Shown: positions 1 through 9,818 of the stretch, one piece after another | Numbering within the stretch: position 1 is the stretch's first letter | Layout: every line of letters begins with the position of its first letter | DNA from: an uncultured virus (IMG/VR IMGVR_UViG_2841800567_000007) | Taxonomy: Duplodnaviria > Heunggongvirae > Uroviricota > Caudoviricetes | Length of the DNA: 20,000 nucleotides | IMG/VR virus record: IMGVR_UViG_2841800567_000007 | Direction: 5' to 3' (one strand) | Position numbers and translations under genes: made by a program | Notes under the pieces: model-generated | Told to the model about the DNA's origin: nothing | What the model saw: only the letters and a program-made list of their open reading frames with translations | Databases searched by the model: none

Positions 1-515
1 TTTCGGGCACGGGGCTGTATACCTTCTGCAGCGATATCATCATTGCTAATCTCTTGTATCCTTTCCAGACGAATATCACAAATCTGCAGATTTATCCGGC
101 TGGCCCAGCGAGGCATATGAATACCGGCCTGCCAGCCAAATTGCTCCTCGTCATTGGGGTCAAACTGGTTGCTGTCAGCACGATATTGGCAATAGCTGGC
201 TGATTTAAACCGTGACGGTGTACGCTCATATTCTGTTATGTCCTGCTGAGAGATCATTGGCCCACGCCAGGTTTCTCTGACCCAGAGACGATCGCCCGGT
301 TGCCCATAGGGACAGTGGTTATAGATATTTCCCATATCAATTACACGGTTGCCCAGTAACTGATTATTCAGCACGTCAATACCATAGCAACCTTCGTGAT
401 TATCGTGGCCGGGACCAAAAAGTTGTGACTTCATGATACGCCGGGTTTGACTCTGTTGTCCTGAGAGCAGCGCTCGCACCCGTTGGCTGTTAAATAGAAT
501 CGGGCGCTATTTCAT
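1..515 (-). pseudogene. Phage-related 'morphogenetic'/ASCH-like protein gene with an amber stop at codon 3; runs off the window start
   Basis: Manual translation from ATG 515 (AGAGG RBS upstream) gives MK*RPILFNSQRVRALLSGQQSQTRRIMK...CPYGQPGDRLWVRETW...HMPRWASRINLQI..IRLERIQEIS. These are the motifs of the MKERPILF...TRR family. The frame is otherwise open to position 1; TAG at 507-509. Confidence 0.75.
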
Positions 516-936
516 GTTAAAACCTCTGTTACTTTTTTAATGGTGATGTTTTTAGTCTCAGAGCCAGCGCGGGCTGGAGTGTTTCATTACCATACTGCTG
601 TTGAACTTATCTGGCTTAGTATGGACCTGCCCGGGCTGGCTAATAACCATCAGGAGAGTATGAGATTATCCAGAAAAATATCATGAGTTCGGATGGCAGT
701 CTGATTAATAGAATCAGCAAATTTGATTTAAACGATTTAAGGTCTCATAAACATTTAAATGAATCGCATAAAAAAGCCTGTGCTAATTTAATTACATTCG
801 GTGCGCCATTTTCTAACATTCTCAATATTTCATGGTAATTAAATCTCGTAAAAGCGGGTATGCCAGTATTTACAATAAATTACAAATATGAAGTGCAGGC
901 CAACGGCCGTCTTTTTTGACGTGTACACGTGACAGA

Positions 937-1125
937 TTAATCCCCGGCGTCCCGCAGGCGGGTGAGCGCAGCCGTATCGTGGCGGTGCTCCAGTATGGCG
1001 CTGGCTACCATTGCCGGAGGTGGGTCCATGGGTTTGAGCATCTTCATCCAGTCCCATTCACGCTGTGAAAGCTTGTCCGCGGCAACGGAGAGCAGGATGG
1101 TATCGATGCTTTTACGGGTCATCAT
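937..1125 (-). CDS. Small hypothetical protein (~62 aa)
   Basis: ORF MMTRKSIDTILLSVAADKLSQREWDWMKMLKPMDPPPAMVASAILEHRHDTAALTRLRDAGD is protein-like and GC-richer than its flanks. No clear RBS and no recognisable domain. Confidence 0.45.
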   Translation of the reverse strand: MMTRKSIDTILLSVAADKLSQREWDWMKMLKPMDPPPAMVASAILEHRHDTAALTRLRDAGD

Positions 1126-1251
1126 GGGGAAGACTCTGAGCAAAATATGTAGTCAGATCATACATATTCAAATCACTGTGTGACAACTCAGAGTCAGGCA
1201 GATGGCGCAGTTTTCAGTTCGCGGCCGGCCGGCTGCCCTGTTCATACAATA

Positions 1252-1618
1252 CAGCAAGATTATCAGCTTTATCTGGCCATCAACGATATCGGCCATACAA
1301 AAACGAAGGCGATGTCCCCGCAGACCAACGGTATTTGCGGGCGGTTCCATAAAACCATTTTGCAGGAATTTTATCAGGTTGCGTGCCGCAAGACGTTATA
1401 CGGGGGCCTGGAAAACCTGCGGTCAGATCCGGATAAGTGGTTGTGGCATGACAATAATGAGCGAACTCATCAGGGAAAAATGTGCTGCGGGCGAACACCG
1501 ATGGCCAGGTTACCTGATGGAAAACGGGTCCGGGCAGAAAAGGAGCTGAACCAGATGTAATCTGACAGACACCTGTATAAATAACCGGTAACTGTCAGAT
1601 CAGGTCTGAGCGGGTACA
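1252..1618 (+). mobile_element. IS481-family 3' fragment (degenerate transposase C-terminus plus right end)
   Basis: QDYQLYLAINDIGHTKTKAMSPQTNGICGRFHKT...ELNQM* matches the C-terminus of the 13166-14366 copy. It ends ...GTCAGATCAGGTCTGAGCGGGTACA. The left end is absent. Confidence 0.9.
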
Positions 1619-1666
1619 TTTTACCGCCTCAAAATTACCACCAATCCGGTAAAATCAACTGACTTT

Positions 1667-1690
1667 TGCCTTGCTCAATCGGGCAAGGCA
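1667..1690. terminator. Stem-loop downstream of queH
   Basis: TGCCTTGCTC-AATC-GGGCAAGGCA, 14 bp after the queH stop. There is no U-tract on the minus strand, so terminator function is uncertain. Confidence 0.35.
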
Positions 1691-1703
1691 CCTTCAGCAT
1701 GGC

Positions 1704-2360
1704 CTATTTTTGTTCATCACCGTAGTAAAGCTTCCCTAGCTTTATTAAAGGTCGTCCCTGACTTTTACGATGCAGGTTGGTGTCGCGCAGAGAATAAACG
1801 CAGCCACAGTATTCCTGCTGATAAAACCGCTCACGTTTACTGATTTCCACCATCCGCGCGGAACCGCCATTTTTGCGCCAGTTGAAATCCCAGTAGCTGA
1901 GTCCCGGATACGGTGATGTTGCCCGAATGCCGCACTCATTAATCTGCTGCATGTTTTTCCAGCGTGAAATGCCAAGGCAGCTGGTCATCACCGGGAAACC
2001 GTGTTCATGCGCATACAGTGCGGTGCGTTCGAAACGCATGTCAAAACACATTGTACAACGAACCCCACGCTCCGGCTCCCATTCCATACCTTTTGCGCGC
2101 TCAAACCAGTTATCGGTATCGTAATCGGCATCAACGAAGGGCACGTTATGCTTTTCGGCAAAGCGAATATTTTCTTCTTTGCGCAGCATGTACTCTTTTT
2201 GCGGGTGGATGTTTGGGTTGTAGAAAAAAATCGTGTATTCAATACCCCCAGCCTGGATAGCCTCCATCACTTCACCGGAGCAGGGTGCACAGCAGGAATG
2301 GAGCAGTAATTTATCGGCCCCGCCAGGCAGGGTGAGCAGTGGACGTGAGATTTCGCTCAT
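1704..2360 (-). CDS. queH: Epoxyqueuosine reductase QueH (DUF208)
   Basis: Contains [29 protein letters not shown] and [11 protein letters not shown]. Intact. The start could be ATG 2360 or 2375. Confidence 0.93.
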   Translation of the reverse strand: MSEISRPLLTLPGGADKLLLHSCCAPCSGEVMEAIQAGGIEYTIFFYNPNIHPQKEYMLRKEENIRFAEKHNVPFVDADYDTDNWFERAKGMEWEPERGVRCTMCFDMRFERTALYAHEHGFPVMTSCLGISRWKNMQQINECGIRATSPYPGLSYWDFNWRKNGGSARMVEISKRERFYQQEYCGCVYSLRDTNLHRKSQGRPLIKLGKLYYGDEQK

Positions 2361-2522
2361 GGCGTCAGATTCCATTAATCAGTTAAAACCGGGACAGTGT
2401 AAGAGGCGCGGAAGCCATTGTCACGGCAAGGATAACGCAATGGTTATGCCAACCCGCGAGTAGAACGCCTGGCACAACAGAAATGAGATGATAGACTACA
2501 TCGGTCTATTTCTGATAACCGG

Positions 2523-3938
2523 ATGATTATGAGCGAGTTAAAGCACATTGCCGTACCGCCAGCCAATATGATTAATCAACAGGAGACGCGTTCTGAACAG
2601 CATCACCAGCTGATGTTACAGGTGCTGGAAATCTATGATGCGAAAACGGTTGCTGCGATGCTCTCAGAGGTAAGCGGGTGTAAATGGAATCGTGAAACAG
2701 TAAATCGCTGGCTGAAAGAAGACGCGATCCCGGAGCGGTTGACCCAACAAGAGATGCGTTCGCTAAAAAACCTGTTGCCTGCTCCACCAGCGTATCATCC
2801 GCATTATGCTTTTCGTTTTATCGATCTTTTTGCCGGTATTGGCGGTATTCGCAGTGGTTTTGATGCGATCGGTGGTCAATGCGTATTTACCAGCGAATGG
2901 AACAAATATTCTCTGAAAACCTATCGGGCGAATTGGTATTGCGACCCAGACACTCACATTTTTAATAGTGATATTCGTGACGTTACCCTGAGCAACAATC
3001 CTGCAATTGATGAGCAGCAAGCCTATCATCACATCCAGCAGGGGATTCCCGATCATGATGTGCTGCTGGCAGGTTTTCCCTGCCAGCCGTTTTCTCTGGC
3101 AGGCGTGTCAAAAAAAAATGCGCTGGGTCGTGCGCATGGTTTTGAATGTGAAGCACAGGGTACGCTGTTTTTTGATGTCGCGCGGATTATTACCGCGAAA
3201 AAACCGGCAATCTTCGTCCTTGAAAACGTGAAAAATCTTAAGAGTCACGATCGGGGAAAAACGTTCCGTGTCATCATGGATACCCTTGGTGAACTCGGAT
3301 ACGACGTGGCGGATGCCAATCATCACGGTACGCCAGACCCAAAAATCATCGAGGGGAAATATTTTCTGCCGCAGCATCGTGAGCGCATTGTGCTGGTGGG
3401 TTTTCGCCGTGATTTGCAACTGCCGACATTCAGTCTGAGCGCGCTTGCCGGTTTGTATCCGCAGCAACGCATACCGCTACGGGATTTGCTTGAGCCAGCG
3501 GTGGAAGAGAAATATATCCTCACGCCGACGCTATGGAAGTACCTTTATAGCTATGCAAAAAAGCATCAGGCAAAAGGCAATGGTTTTGGCTATGGCCTGG
3601 TGGACCCCCAAAAAGAAAATAGTGTTGCGCGCACGCTGTCAGCCCGCTATTACAAAGATGGCTCGGAAATTTTGATTGACCGCGGGTGGGATCGGGCTCT
3701 GGGTGAAGCTGACTTTGATAATCCACAAAATCAGCAAAGACGACCTCGCCGCCTGACGCCAAAAGAGTGCGCACGTTTAATGGGCTTTGAAACTCCAGGC
3801 GGCATTCCTTTTCGCATTCCGGTTTCTGATACTCAGGCATATCGTCAGTTTGGCAATTCTGTTGTCGTCCCTGCATTTGCCGCTGTGGCAACGCTTTTAC
3901 GCCCATGGATTGAGCAAGCGGTGCGCGCGCGTCAATAA
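2523..3938 (+). CDS. dcm: DNA cytosine-5 methyltransferase Dcm (CCWGG by orthology)
   Basis: Motifs [46 protein letters not shown] and [11 protein letters not shown]. 471 aa with a Dcm-type N-terminal extension; followed by vsr. The start may be 2529. Confidence 0.96.
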   Translation: MIMSELKHIAVPPANMINQQETRSEQHHQLMLQVLEIYDAKTVAAMLSEVSGCKWNRETVNRWLKEDAIPERLTQQEMRSLKNLLPAPPAYHPHYAFRFIDLFAGIGGIRSGFDAIGGQCVFTSEWNKYSLKTYRANWYCDPDTHIFNSDIRDVTLSNNPAIDEQQAYHHIQQGIPDHDVLLAGFPCQPFSLAGVSKKNALGRAHGFECEAQGTLFFDVARIITAKKPAIFVLENVKNLKSHDRGKTFRVIMDTLGELGYDVADANHHGTPDPKIIEGKYFLPQHRERIVLVGFRRDLQLPTFSLSALAGLYPQQRIPLRDLLEPAVEEKYILTPTLWKYLYSYAKKHQAKGNGFGYGLVDPQKENSVARTLSARYYKDGSEILIDRGWDRALGEADFDNPQNQQRRPRRLTPKECARLMGFETPGGIPFRIPVSDTQAYRQFGNSVVVPAFAAVATLLRPWIEQAVRARQ

Positions 3939-4059
3939 AATCAGGCTAAAACCTTTGGGCAACGTTATCCAGATGCAGAACGGGATGGGCGCGTTTTTAT
4001 CCGAATAATCCTTGGTCTGGTATGTCGCGGCACTATACTTAGCCAAAAAGGATGATGAT

Positions 4060-4530
4060 ATGGCTGATGTACATTCTTCTGCCACTCGTAGTAAAAACAT
4101 GCGTGCCATTCGTACCCGCGATACCGCTATTGAAAATCGACTGGCGGCATTGCTGGCGGCGCTGGGCTTCAGCTATGGTGCCCAGGATAAGGCGCTGCCG
4201 GGCACGCCGGATTTTGTGCTGACACAATATCAGAGCGTTATTTTTGCGCATGGCTGTTTCTGGCATCACCATAACTGTCATCTGTTCAAAGTGCCGGCAA
4301 CGCGCACAGATTTCTGGATGAATAAAATTGACGGTAATGTTGCGCGGGATCGGTGTGATATGGCTGCGCTCAGTGCGGCAGGTTGGAAAGTGCTGGTAGT
4401 ATGGGAATGTGCCCTGCGGGGCAAAATGCGCCTTAATGAGGCTGAAATGAGCACAAGGATTGAAGAGTGGGTTTGTGCCGGAGAGGGCAATAGTGAAATC
4501 GATTGTGCGGGCATAAGGCAGCGTCTGTAA
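4060..4530 (+). CDS. vsr: Very short patch repair endonuclease Vsr
   Basis: MADVHSSATRSKNMRAIRTRDT..., PGTPDFV, FAHGCFWHHHNC and VWECALRG. 156 aa from ATG 4060 with an AAAGGA RBS. Confidence 0.96.
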   Translation: MADVHSSATRSKNMRAIRTRDTAIENRLAALLAALGFSYGAQDKALPGTPDFVLTQYQSVIFAHGCFWHHHNCHLFKVPATRTDFWMNKIDGNVARDRCDMAALSAAGWKVLVVWECALRGKMRLNEAEMSTRIEEWVCAGEGNSEIDCAGIRQRL

Positions 4531-4644
4531 GTGACCGTGCAGGCTGGGCCATCAGTGACTGAAACGGTATGATAATTTAACATTTTTACATATTACGTTC
4601 ATAATTGTTCCACTCCTCTTTTTACACTGAGGTGCCACGTAAGC

Positions 4645-4926
4645 ATGGCCAGCATCAAACTTACAGTCAGGCGGCTTTACAAAATCAGCGGTGAGCACAT
4701 GGTAAGCACCGAGGCCGTTGCGCGCATTTACGTGGGTGACAAGCTGGTGGCAACCGAGGAGATTTCAGGTATGACCGAAAGTCCGGTTAGCAAGTACCTG
4801 CACCACAGTGAAGCTCAAGGGCAGTCGGTAACAGTGCAATGGCAGTGCAATGGCAGTGCGACGGCATTGCGGATATGGCAGTGGCAGAAATGCAGATATG
4901 CCCCTGCTGCCAACATGATTAAGTAA
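4645..4926 (+). pseudogene. Small hypothetical protein, probably frameshifted by an 11-bp tandem duplication
   Basis: GAGG RBS upstream. Removing one copy of CAGTGCAATGG gives an 88-aa ORF ending ...[23 protein letters not shown] (TAA 4920-4922). Confidence 0.55.
4832..4859 (+). repeat. Tandem repeat (CAGTGCAATGG) x2.5
   Basis: Copies at 4832-4842 and 4843-4853, and a partial copy at 4854-4859. Confidence 0.95.
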
Positions 4927-4939
4927 AAGGAACACAATT

Positions 4940-5387
4940 TTGGCAGGAAGTAGTTTACTTACGTTACCTGATGACATTGCTACTTTACTGTATGATATTT
5001 CAGTCATGGGGAAAGTGGCGGTAAAGAAAACTGCCGATGTTCCTGGAGACGATCTGTCGTTTAACGCCCGACAGGTCAGCGGGGTGAACGCTAATCGTGA
5101 ACTGCCGGTGGTATGGGGGGCGAAAGGCTCCTTTCTGAATAAGTTGATTCTGGTACCGCTTGCTCTGGTGAACAGTGCTTTGGCCCCCCTGGGGAATTAC
5201 GCCACTGCTGATGATTGATGGGGCTTATCTTTGTTATGAGGGTATGGAAAAAGTGGTTCACAGCCTGCAAAGACAGGTTGCAGAAAACCGAGGAGGTGAG
5301 GTAGCAGCGACTGTACAATCTCGGTAACGAGCAGGCTGCCGCTTATGAAAAAAGAAAATCAAAGGTGTTGTTCGCACCGATTTCATT
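4940..5387 (+). pseudogene. yedI: yedI (DUF808 inner-membrane protein), 5' part; frameshifted and interrupted by IS256
   Basis: [40 protein letters not shown]...[22 protein letters not shown], ending ...RTDFI at the IS junction. TTG start with AAGGA RBS. Synteny with dcm-vsr as in E. coli. Confidence 0.9.
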
Positions 5388-6366
5388 GACCCTGTACACG
5401 ATTCTGTGTAAATGCCTTTTCTCAGTAGTGGCCGTCCGGGCGGTCACCGAACCCGATAATAAAACGGCTCATCGCCATACGCCAGTCCCTCAGTGGCATC
5501 CTCCATTTCTGTGATGCGGCCTGGATTGCCAGCCACACCTCCTTTTTCACTGCGTCGTCAGTCGGGAACACCTTCCGTTTCTTGATGGCATCCCGGATCA
5601 CGCTGTTCAGCGGCTCGATGGCGCTGGTCGTGTCGAGCGTCTTGCGGATGTCTGCCGGGTAAGCGAAGAACGTCAACAGGCTGGCCCGGTTTGCCTGCCA
5701 GCTCCGGCTTATCTGCGGGTAGCGGCTGTCCCGGGCACCGGCGAACGCTTCCCGCGCCCGCTGATCTGCTTCTTCCGTGGTGGCCTGACAGATGGCTTTC
5801 AGGTCACGGGTGACGGCTTTGTAGTCCTCCCAGGAGACGAACCGCAGACTGTTGCGCACCATATGCACGACGCACAGCTGGACGCGGGCCTGCGGATACA
5901 CCGCGTTGATAGCGTCCGGGAAGCCCTTCAGACCATCAACACAGGCGATGAGGATATCGTTCAGGCCGCGATTTTTTAATTCGGTCAGCACATGGAGCCA
6001 GAACTTCGCGTCCTCGTTTTCGGCCAGCCACATACCCGGCAGTTCTTTCTGGCCTTCGATGTTGATACCCGGGGCAAGGAACACGGATTTATTGATGACG
6101 CGACTGTCCTGCCGGACCTTCAGGACGATACAGTCAGGGTAAACGATGGGACAAACGGCATCCAGTGGCCGGTTTTGCCATCCGGTGACCTGCTCCATGA
6201 CGGCATCAGCTACCTTTGAGACCCGCGCTGGCGAGACATCGGCGTCATACAGCTCTTTGAACGCGGACGCTATCTCGCGGGTGGTCATCCCTTTGGCGTA
6301 CAACGATAAAATCGGGTTATCCATCCCGGTGATCCGGGTCTGGTTTTTCTTCACCCGTTGCGGTTC

Positions 6367-7819
6367 ATGGTTAGGAAATTGAATCGCTTCTTTTTAGATC
6401 GCCTGACCATGAAAAGTGGCATGATCCTTTCCTGTGATGCCGGGAATCTACGTAGGGTTTGATGTAAAAATGTCATCTTCGACGTATTTTTAAACTGAAA
6501 CCTGTTTTTCAGGCGCACCGATCCAGCTCAGGCATCCGCAGCCATCGTTTTTTCGCCATCTGATGCAGCCTGTCAGAGAGCATTTTTGTGGCGTGCTTAC
6601 CCGCCACGGCGCCGGCAAAACGCAGCCGGCCTTTGCAGAGGATGCACTGGTACGGATCCGTGCCCAGGAAGCCCTTCATCAGCACCGCAAACCCGGGCCG
6701 CTTCGGTTTTTCCCGTTCCGTCATCGACAGCGCTTCCCAGACTTTCGGCAGCAGCGTACCCCGCTTGCGGTTGGACAGAAAGCCGGAGTAGCGCACCATC
6801 TTAAAATGCCGCGCCGGAACGTGGCTGATATAGCGCCCGATCATCTCTTCCTGACTCAGCGTCTGGCGTTTATGCTTCCCCGTGCGGTGATCGAGGTAAT
6901 GGTGGACCACCGCGCCGCCGGCATAGTGTCGCAGCCGTGAAGCCGATACCGGCGGGCGCTTCAGGTAGCGTCCCAGGAACTTCACGCTGTGCCAGGCTCC
7001 CCGGGTCTTCTTCGCGAAGTGTACCTTCCAGTGCCGGCCATACTGTGCCTTCAGGTAACGCCGCCACTGGCGCTCATCGCGGATGTGGCCCAGGCCCGGC
7101 AGGGTGCCGGGACTGACCCGCTCATAGCTGCCGCGCAGCAGGCGGGTAACGGCCCCCCGCCAGATTTCTTCAACGACCTTCTTTTTGAAGAAAAGGCTGC
7201 GCCAGACGCCGTGCTTTACGTCAAGTCCGCCACGGGTGACGGAAACGTGGATGTGCGGGTGCTGATTCAGCTGCCGGCCGTAAGTATGCAGGGCACAGAA
7301 GATACCGACCTCTATGCCCTGCCGGCGTGCCCACTTCAGCATGGCCCGGGTGGCGCAGCGGAACAGGTCATTGAGCAGGGGCCAGTTGTTGTTGAAGAAC
7401 GGCCACAACAGGTGGGGCATGGTAAAGGTGATGTGCTGCCATTCGCAGTCGGGGAGGACGTGCTGTTGCTCCGCGATCCACTGCTCGGTGGACTTCATGC
7501 CGCAGGCGCTGCAGGCCTTTGACTTGCAGCTCTGGCAGAAGAAACGGGAGTGTGTGCAGTCCGGCGAGGCGCAGCATTAGCGGCGGACGCCCATGGCGCA
7601 GGTGCCACAGGCGAGCATGCGCTCAACGGAGAGACGGGTCCACTGGCTGATGCTGTCGCCGTGTTTTTCGAGGTAGCGGTTCCAGCCGTCATCGACGGTG
7701 AAGAGGAGTTTGGCGGGGCGGGGGATATGCATGGTTGCAGAGTATAAAGCGGAGCGCCGGTCATGCAAACACCCGAAGCTGCGCAGCAGCGCCGCTCACG
7801 CCGCAGGCGTGCTACGTTC
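6367..7819 (-). mobile_element. IS91-family rolling-circle element inserted at GTTC/GAAC inside the IS256 transposase
   Basis: Target GTTC (6363-6366) abuts the oriIS-like ATGGTTAGGAAATTGAATCGC. The other end finishes in GTTC (7816-7819) next to a terIS-like hairpin ACGCC-GCA-GGCGT. The empty site TTTGAACCG is visible in the second IS256 copy (~16023-16031). Confidence 0.9.
6509..7732 (-). pseudogene. IS91-family Y2/HUH transposase (407 codons) with one in-frame ochre stop
   Basis: MHIPRPAKLLF...ACGTCAMGVRR*CCASPDCTHSRFFCQSCKSKACSACG (Zn domain), HPHIHVSVT (HUH) and GRYLKRPP. TAA at 7577-7579 is in frame with the 329-aa downstream ORF. Confidence 0.92.
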
Positions 7820-8155
7820 AAAGGAGCCATCACGATCGCGCGGTGTACGCAGCTCCGGCGGGCCATCGCTGGTGGTCACTGTCTTTGTGGAATAGCCGTT
7901 GCAGGCGTTGGTCGCCGGTTCTGGCTGATTTTTATCGTCGCCGGGGTGACGGGTCATTTCGGCGTTGAGCGCCGCCCCGACACTGATTTTTTTCAGCAGG
8001 CGCTCAAACTGGCTGAGATCGTCAGGGGTTTTGAGATTTTTGTCCAGTTCGTTAGCCAGGGCCTGCGACTGTTTTTCGTCCATAAATTAACCTGCTTTTG
8101 ATGCTGGATTGAACATATCAAAATCAGGCAATTACACAAATCTATGTACAGGCTC

Positions 8156-8622
8156 ATTTCATTTTGTCTGCGGAGATCGTGGCGATTACTCTGTGTATTG
8201 TTTCTGAAGCCCCACTATTGAATCAGGTGTTAATTATTTCCGGGATAGCCATCCTCGTCACTATCGGTGTCTACGGGATTGTTGACTGTATAGTCAAGAT
8301 TGACGATCTTGGTCTGTGGCTCCAGCAAAAATCCTCTTATCTTGTCAAAGCCGTCGGTGGCGGACTGCTATCTGTTGCACCTTGGCTGGTACGTACCTTG
8401 TCTGTTGTGGGCAGGCTGGGGATGTTTTTAGTCGGTAGCGGAATGATTGCTCATGGTATTCCTTTGCTTCATCACGGTATGGCTCAGTTCATTGCCAATG
8501 ACAGTGAGCTGATACGTTCATTTATGAATGACCTTTCCAGCCTGGCAACAGGCATGATCGTGGGGATGATTGTGCTATTACTGGTAAAAGTGATTGCTAA
8601 GGTGCGTGAAAAATCAGTATAA
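8156..8622 (+). pseudogene. yedI: yedI (DUF808), 3' part
   Basis: LSAEIVAITLCIVSEAPLLNQV...VKIDDLGLWL...MFLVGSGMIAHGIP continues directly from RTDFI across the target duplication. Confidence 0.9.
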
Positions 8623-8756
8623 AAGCGGCCGCGGATCCGAAGACGTTTGCCATTAAGATACCGCCTGTGCCGACAAAGTGTTATGCAGGCTGAATGAATC
8701 CGTTCAGCCTGCATAACACTTTACACAGCATCTCAATACCACTAAGGAATGAAGCG

Positions 8757-8888
8757 ATGAAAGACGATATTTTTGAATTTGATATTGATGCCCAGCTGGC
8801 ACAGGCTGAAGCGAATGCGGAAAAAAAAGCCAGTGAAGTGCCTGATACACTGAGTGATGAAGACGACTGTGAAGGGTGTAAAATCTGA
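8757..8888 (+). CDS. 43-aa acidic microprotein ending CEGCKI
   Basis: TAAGGA RBS, ATG 8757, MKDDIFEFDIDAQLAQAEANAEKKASEVPDTLSDEDDCEGCKI*, followed by a terminator. Confidence 0.7.
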   Translation: MKDDIFEFDIDAQLAQAEANAEKKASEVPDTLSDEDDCEGCKI

Positions 8889-8933
8889 TTGCGATAAGTC
8901 ACTATCGCACCAGCGTATTTACAGGCATTTCAT

Positions 8934-8986
8934 CGATTACCGCAATATCGCTTTTACGAGATATATGCGGTAATCGCTTCTTTTTT
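8934..8986 (+). terminator. Rho-independent terminator
   Basis: Stem CGATTACCGCA (8934-8944) / TGCGGTAATCG (8966-8976) followed by CTTCTTTTTT. Confidence 0.7.
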
Positions 8987-9631
8987 GAGATTTTTACATT
9001 TTATATGCTGAAATACTGTCACCGTTAGAACTCTGATTAATGATAACGGGGTTTATGTTGCGGTTAGTTGAAATGATTTTTATAAAAAGAACCCATTTTT
9101 ATTTTAGATAATTGGAGGGGCAGCCTTATTTATTGATGGTAACAGGGCTGTTTATCCTGCGATTACACTTTTTACAGACGATGTCAGTGATTTCTAATTG
9201 TTAAAACTAAACTAATCGGCAGCCTAGCTGTTTTCAGGCAAAGTGTGAAATATCATTAAACAGGGGTTTGTTAGCGGGTTTTACGGATAGAGTACAGAGA
9301 ATTAATGTTCGTCTGTGATACGTTTCTTTGCACTAAATAATCTAAGTAAAGCACTTCTCTTTATTACCTTGCTGTTAGCACGTGTTCTCCCCCTGGAATA
9401 GTGTTCCGGTCTGTGTCCCAGACACGGTTTATGGCTGAAAATCCATCAGGTATTAAGCGTTCTGCAAAAATGAATATATGCACAACCAACCTTATTCTGC
9501 TATTCATCTTTAGTTATTATTTTTACAGGATAAGAAATATTTATTCTCTGATTAACTGAATAAATCAGGTTCTGCTGCTATAACTAAATTTCACCAGCCA
9601 GTATTTTCAAATCCGAAACAGGAGGTAAGGC

Positions 9632-9809
9632 ATGATTGTGGTTAGCGAAGAGCTTCAGCTCAAAGAGGGCGATCCGACAATGATTGTTACAGGAACTGCT
9701 AGTGGTATGGTTGAATGCCGCTGGCATGATGGTTAACGTCAGACGTCTGCATAATTCTACCAGTGCACGTACTGCAGCAAGTATGGGCAAGCAACGAAAA
9801 ACAAATTGA
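9632..9809 (+). pseudogene. yodC: YodC/DUF2158-family small protein, truncated
   Basis: AGGAGG RBS; MIVVSEELQLKEGDPTMIVTGTASGMVECRWHDG* (TAA 9734-9736) matches the YodC N-terminus (...KEGGPRMIVTGYSSGMVECRWYDG). Confidence 0.8.
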
Positions 9810-9818
9810 GGTTATCAA

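Larger units (their letters stand above)
5422..8083 (-). pseudogene. IS256-family transposase split by IS91 (8083-7820 joined to 6366-5422 gives 402 aa in frame)
   Basis: MDEKQSQALANEL...TPRDRDGSF|EPQRVKKNQTR...ACVDGLKGFPDAI...QLCVVHMVRNSL. Many Leu->Pro-like substitutions. Confidence 0.92.
5388..8155 (-). mobile_element. IS256-family element (1315 bp without the nested IS91), with 8-bp target duplication ATTTCATT
   Basis: Terminal inverted repeats GACCCTGTACACGATTCTGTGTAAATGCC (5388) and GGCAATTACACAAATCTATGTACAGGCTC (to 8155). ATTTCATT at 5380-5387 and 8156-8163. Confidence 0.95.

Noticed and set aside
1238..1254. CTGTTCATACAATACAG as a LexA box
   Set aside because: It is 17 bp rather than 16, and the final CAG belongs to the IS481 homology.
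2523..4530. dcm-vsr as a novel restriction-modification or defence system
   Set aside because: There is no cognate endonuclease, and the dcm-vsr-yedI-yodC neighbourhood is the standard enterobacterial locus.
6363..7819. GTTC on both sides of IS91 as a target-site duplication
   Set aside because: IS91 elements do not duplicate targets; the second tetranucleotide is the element's own terIS end.
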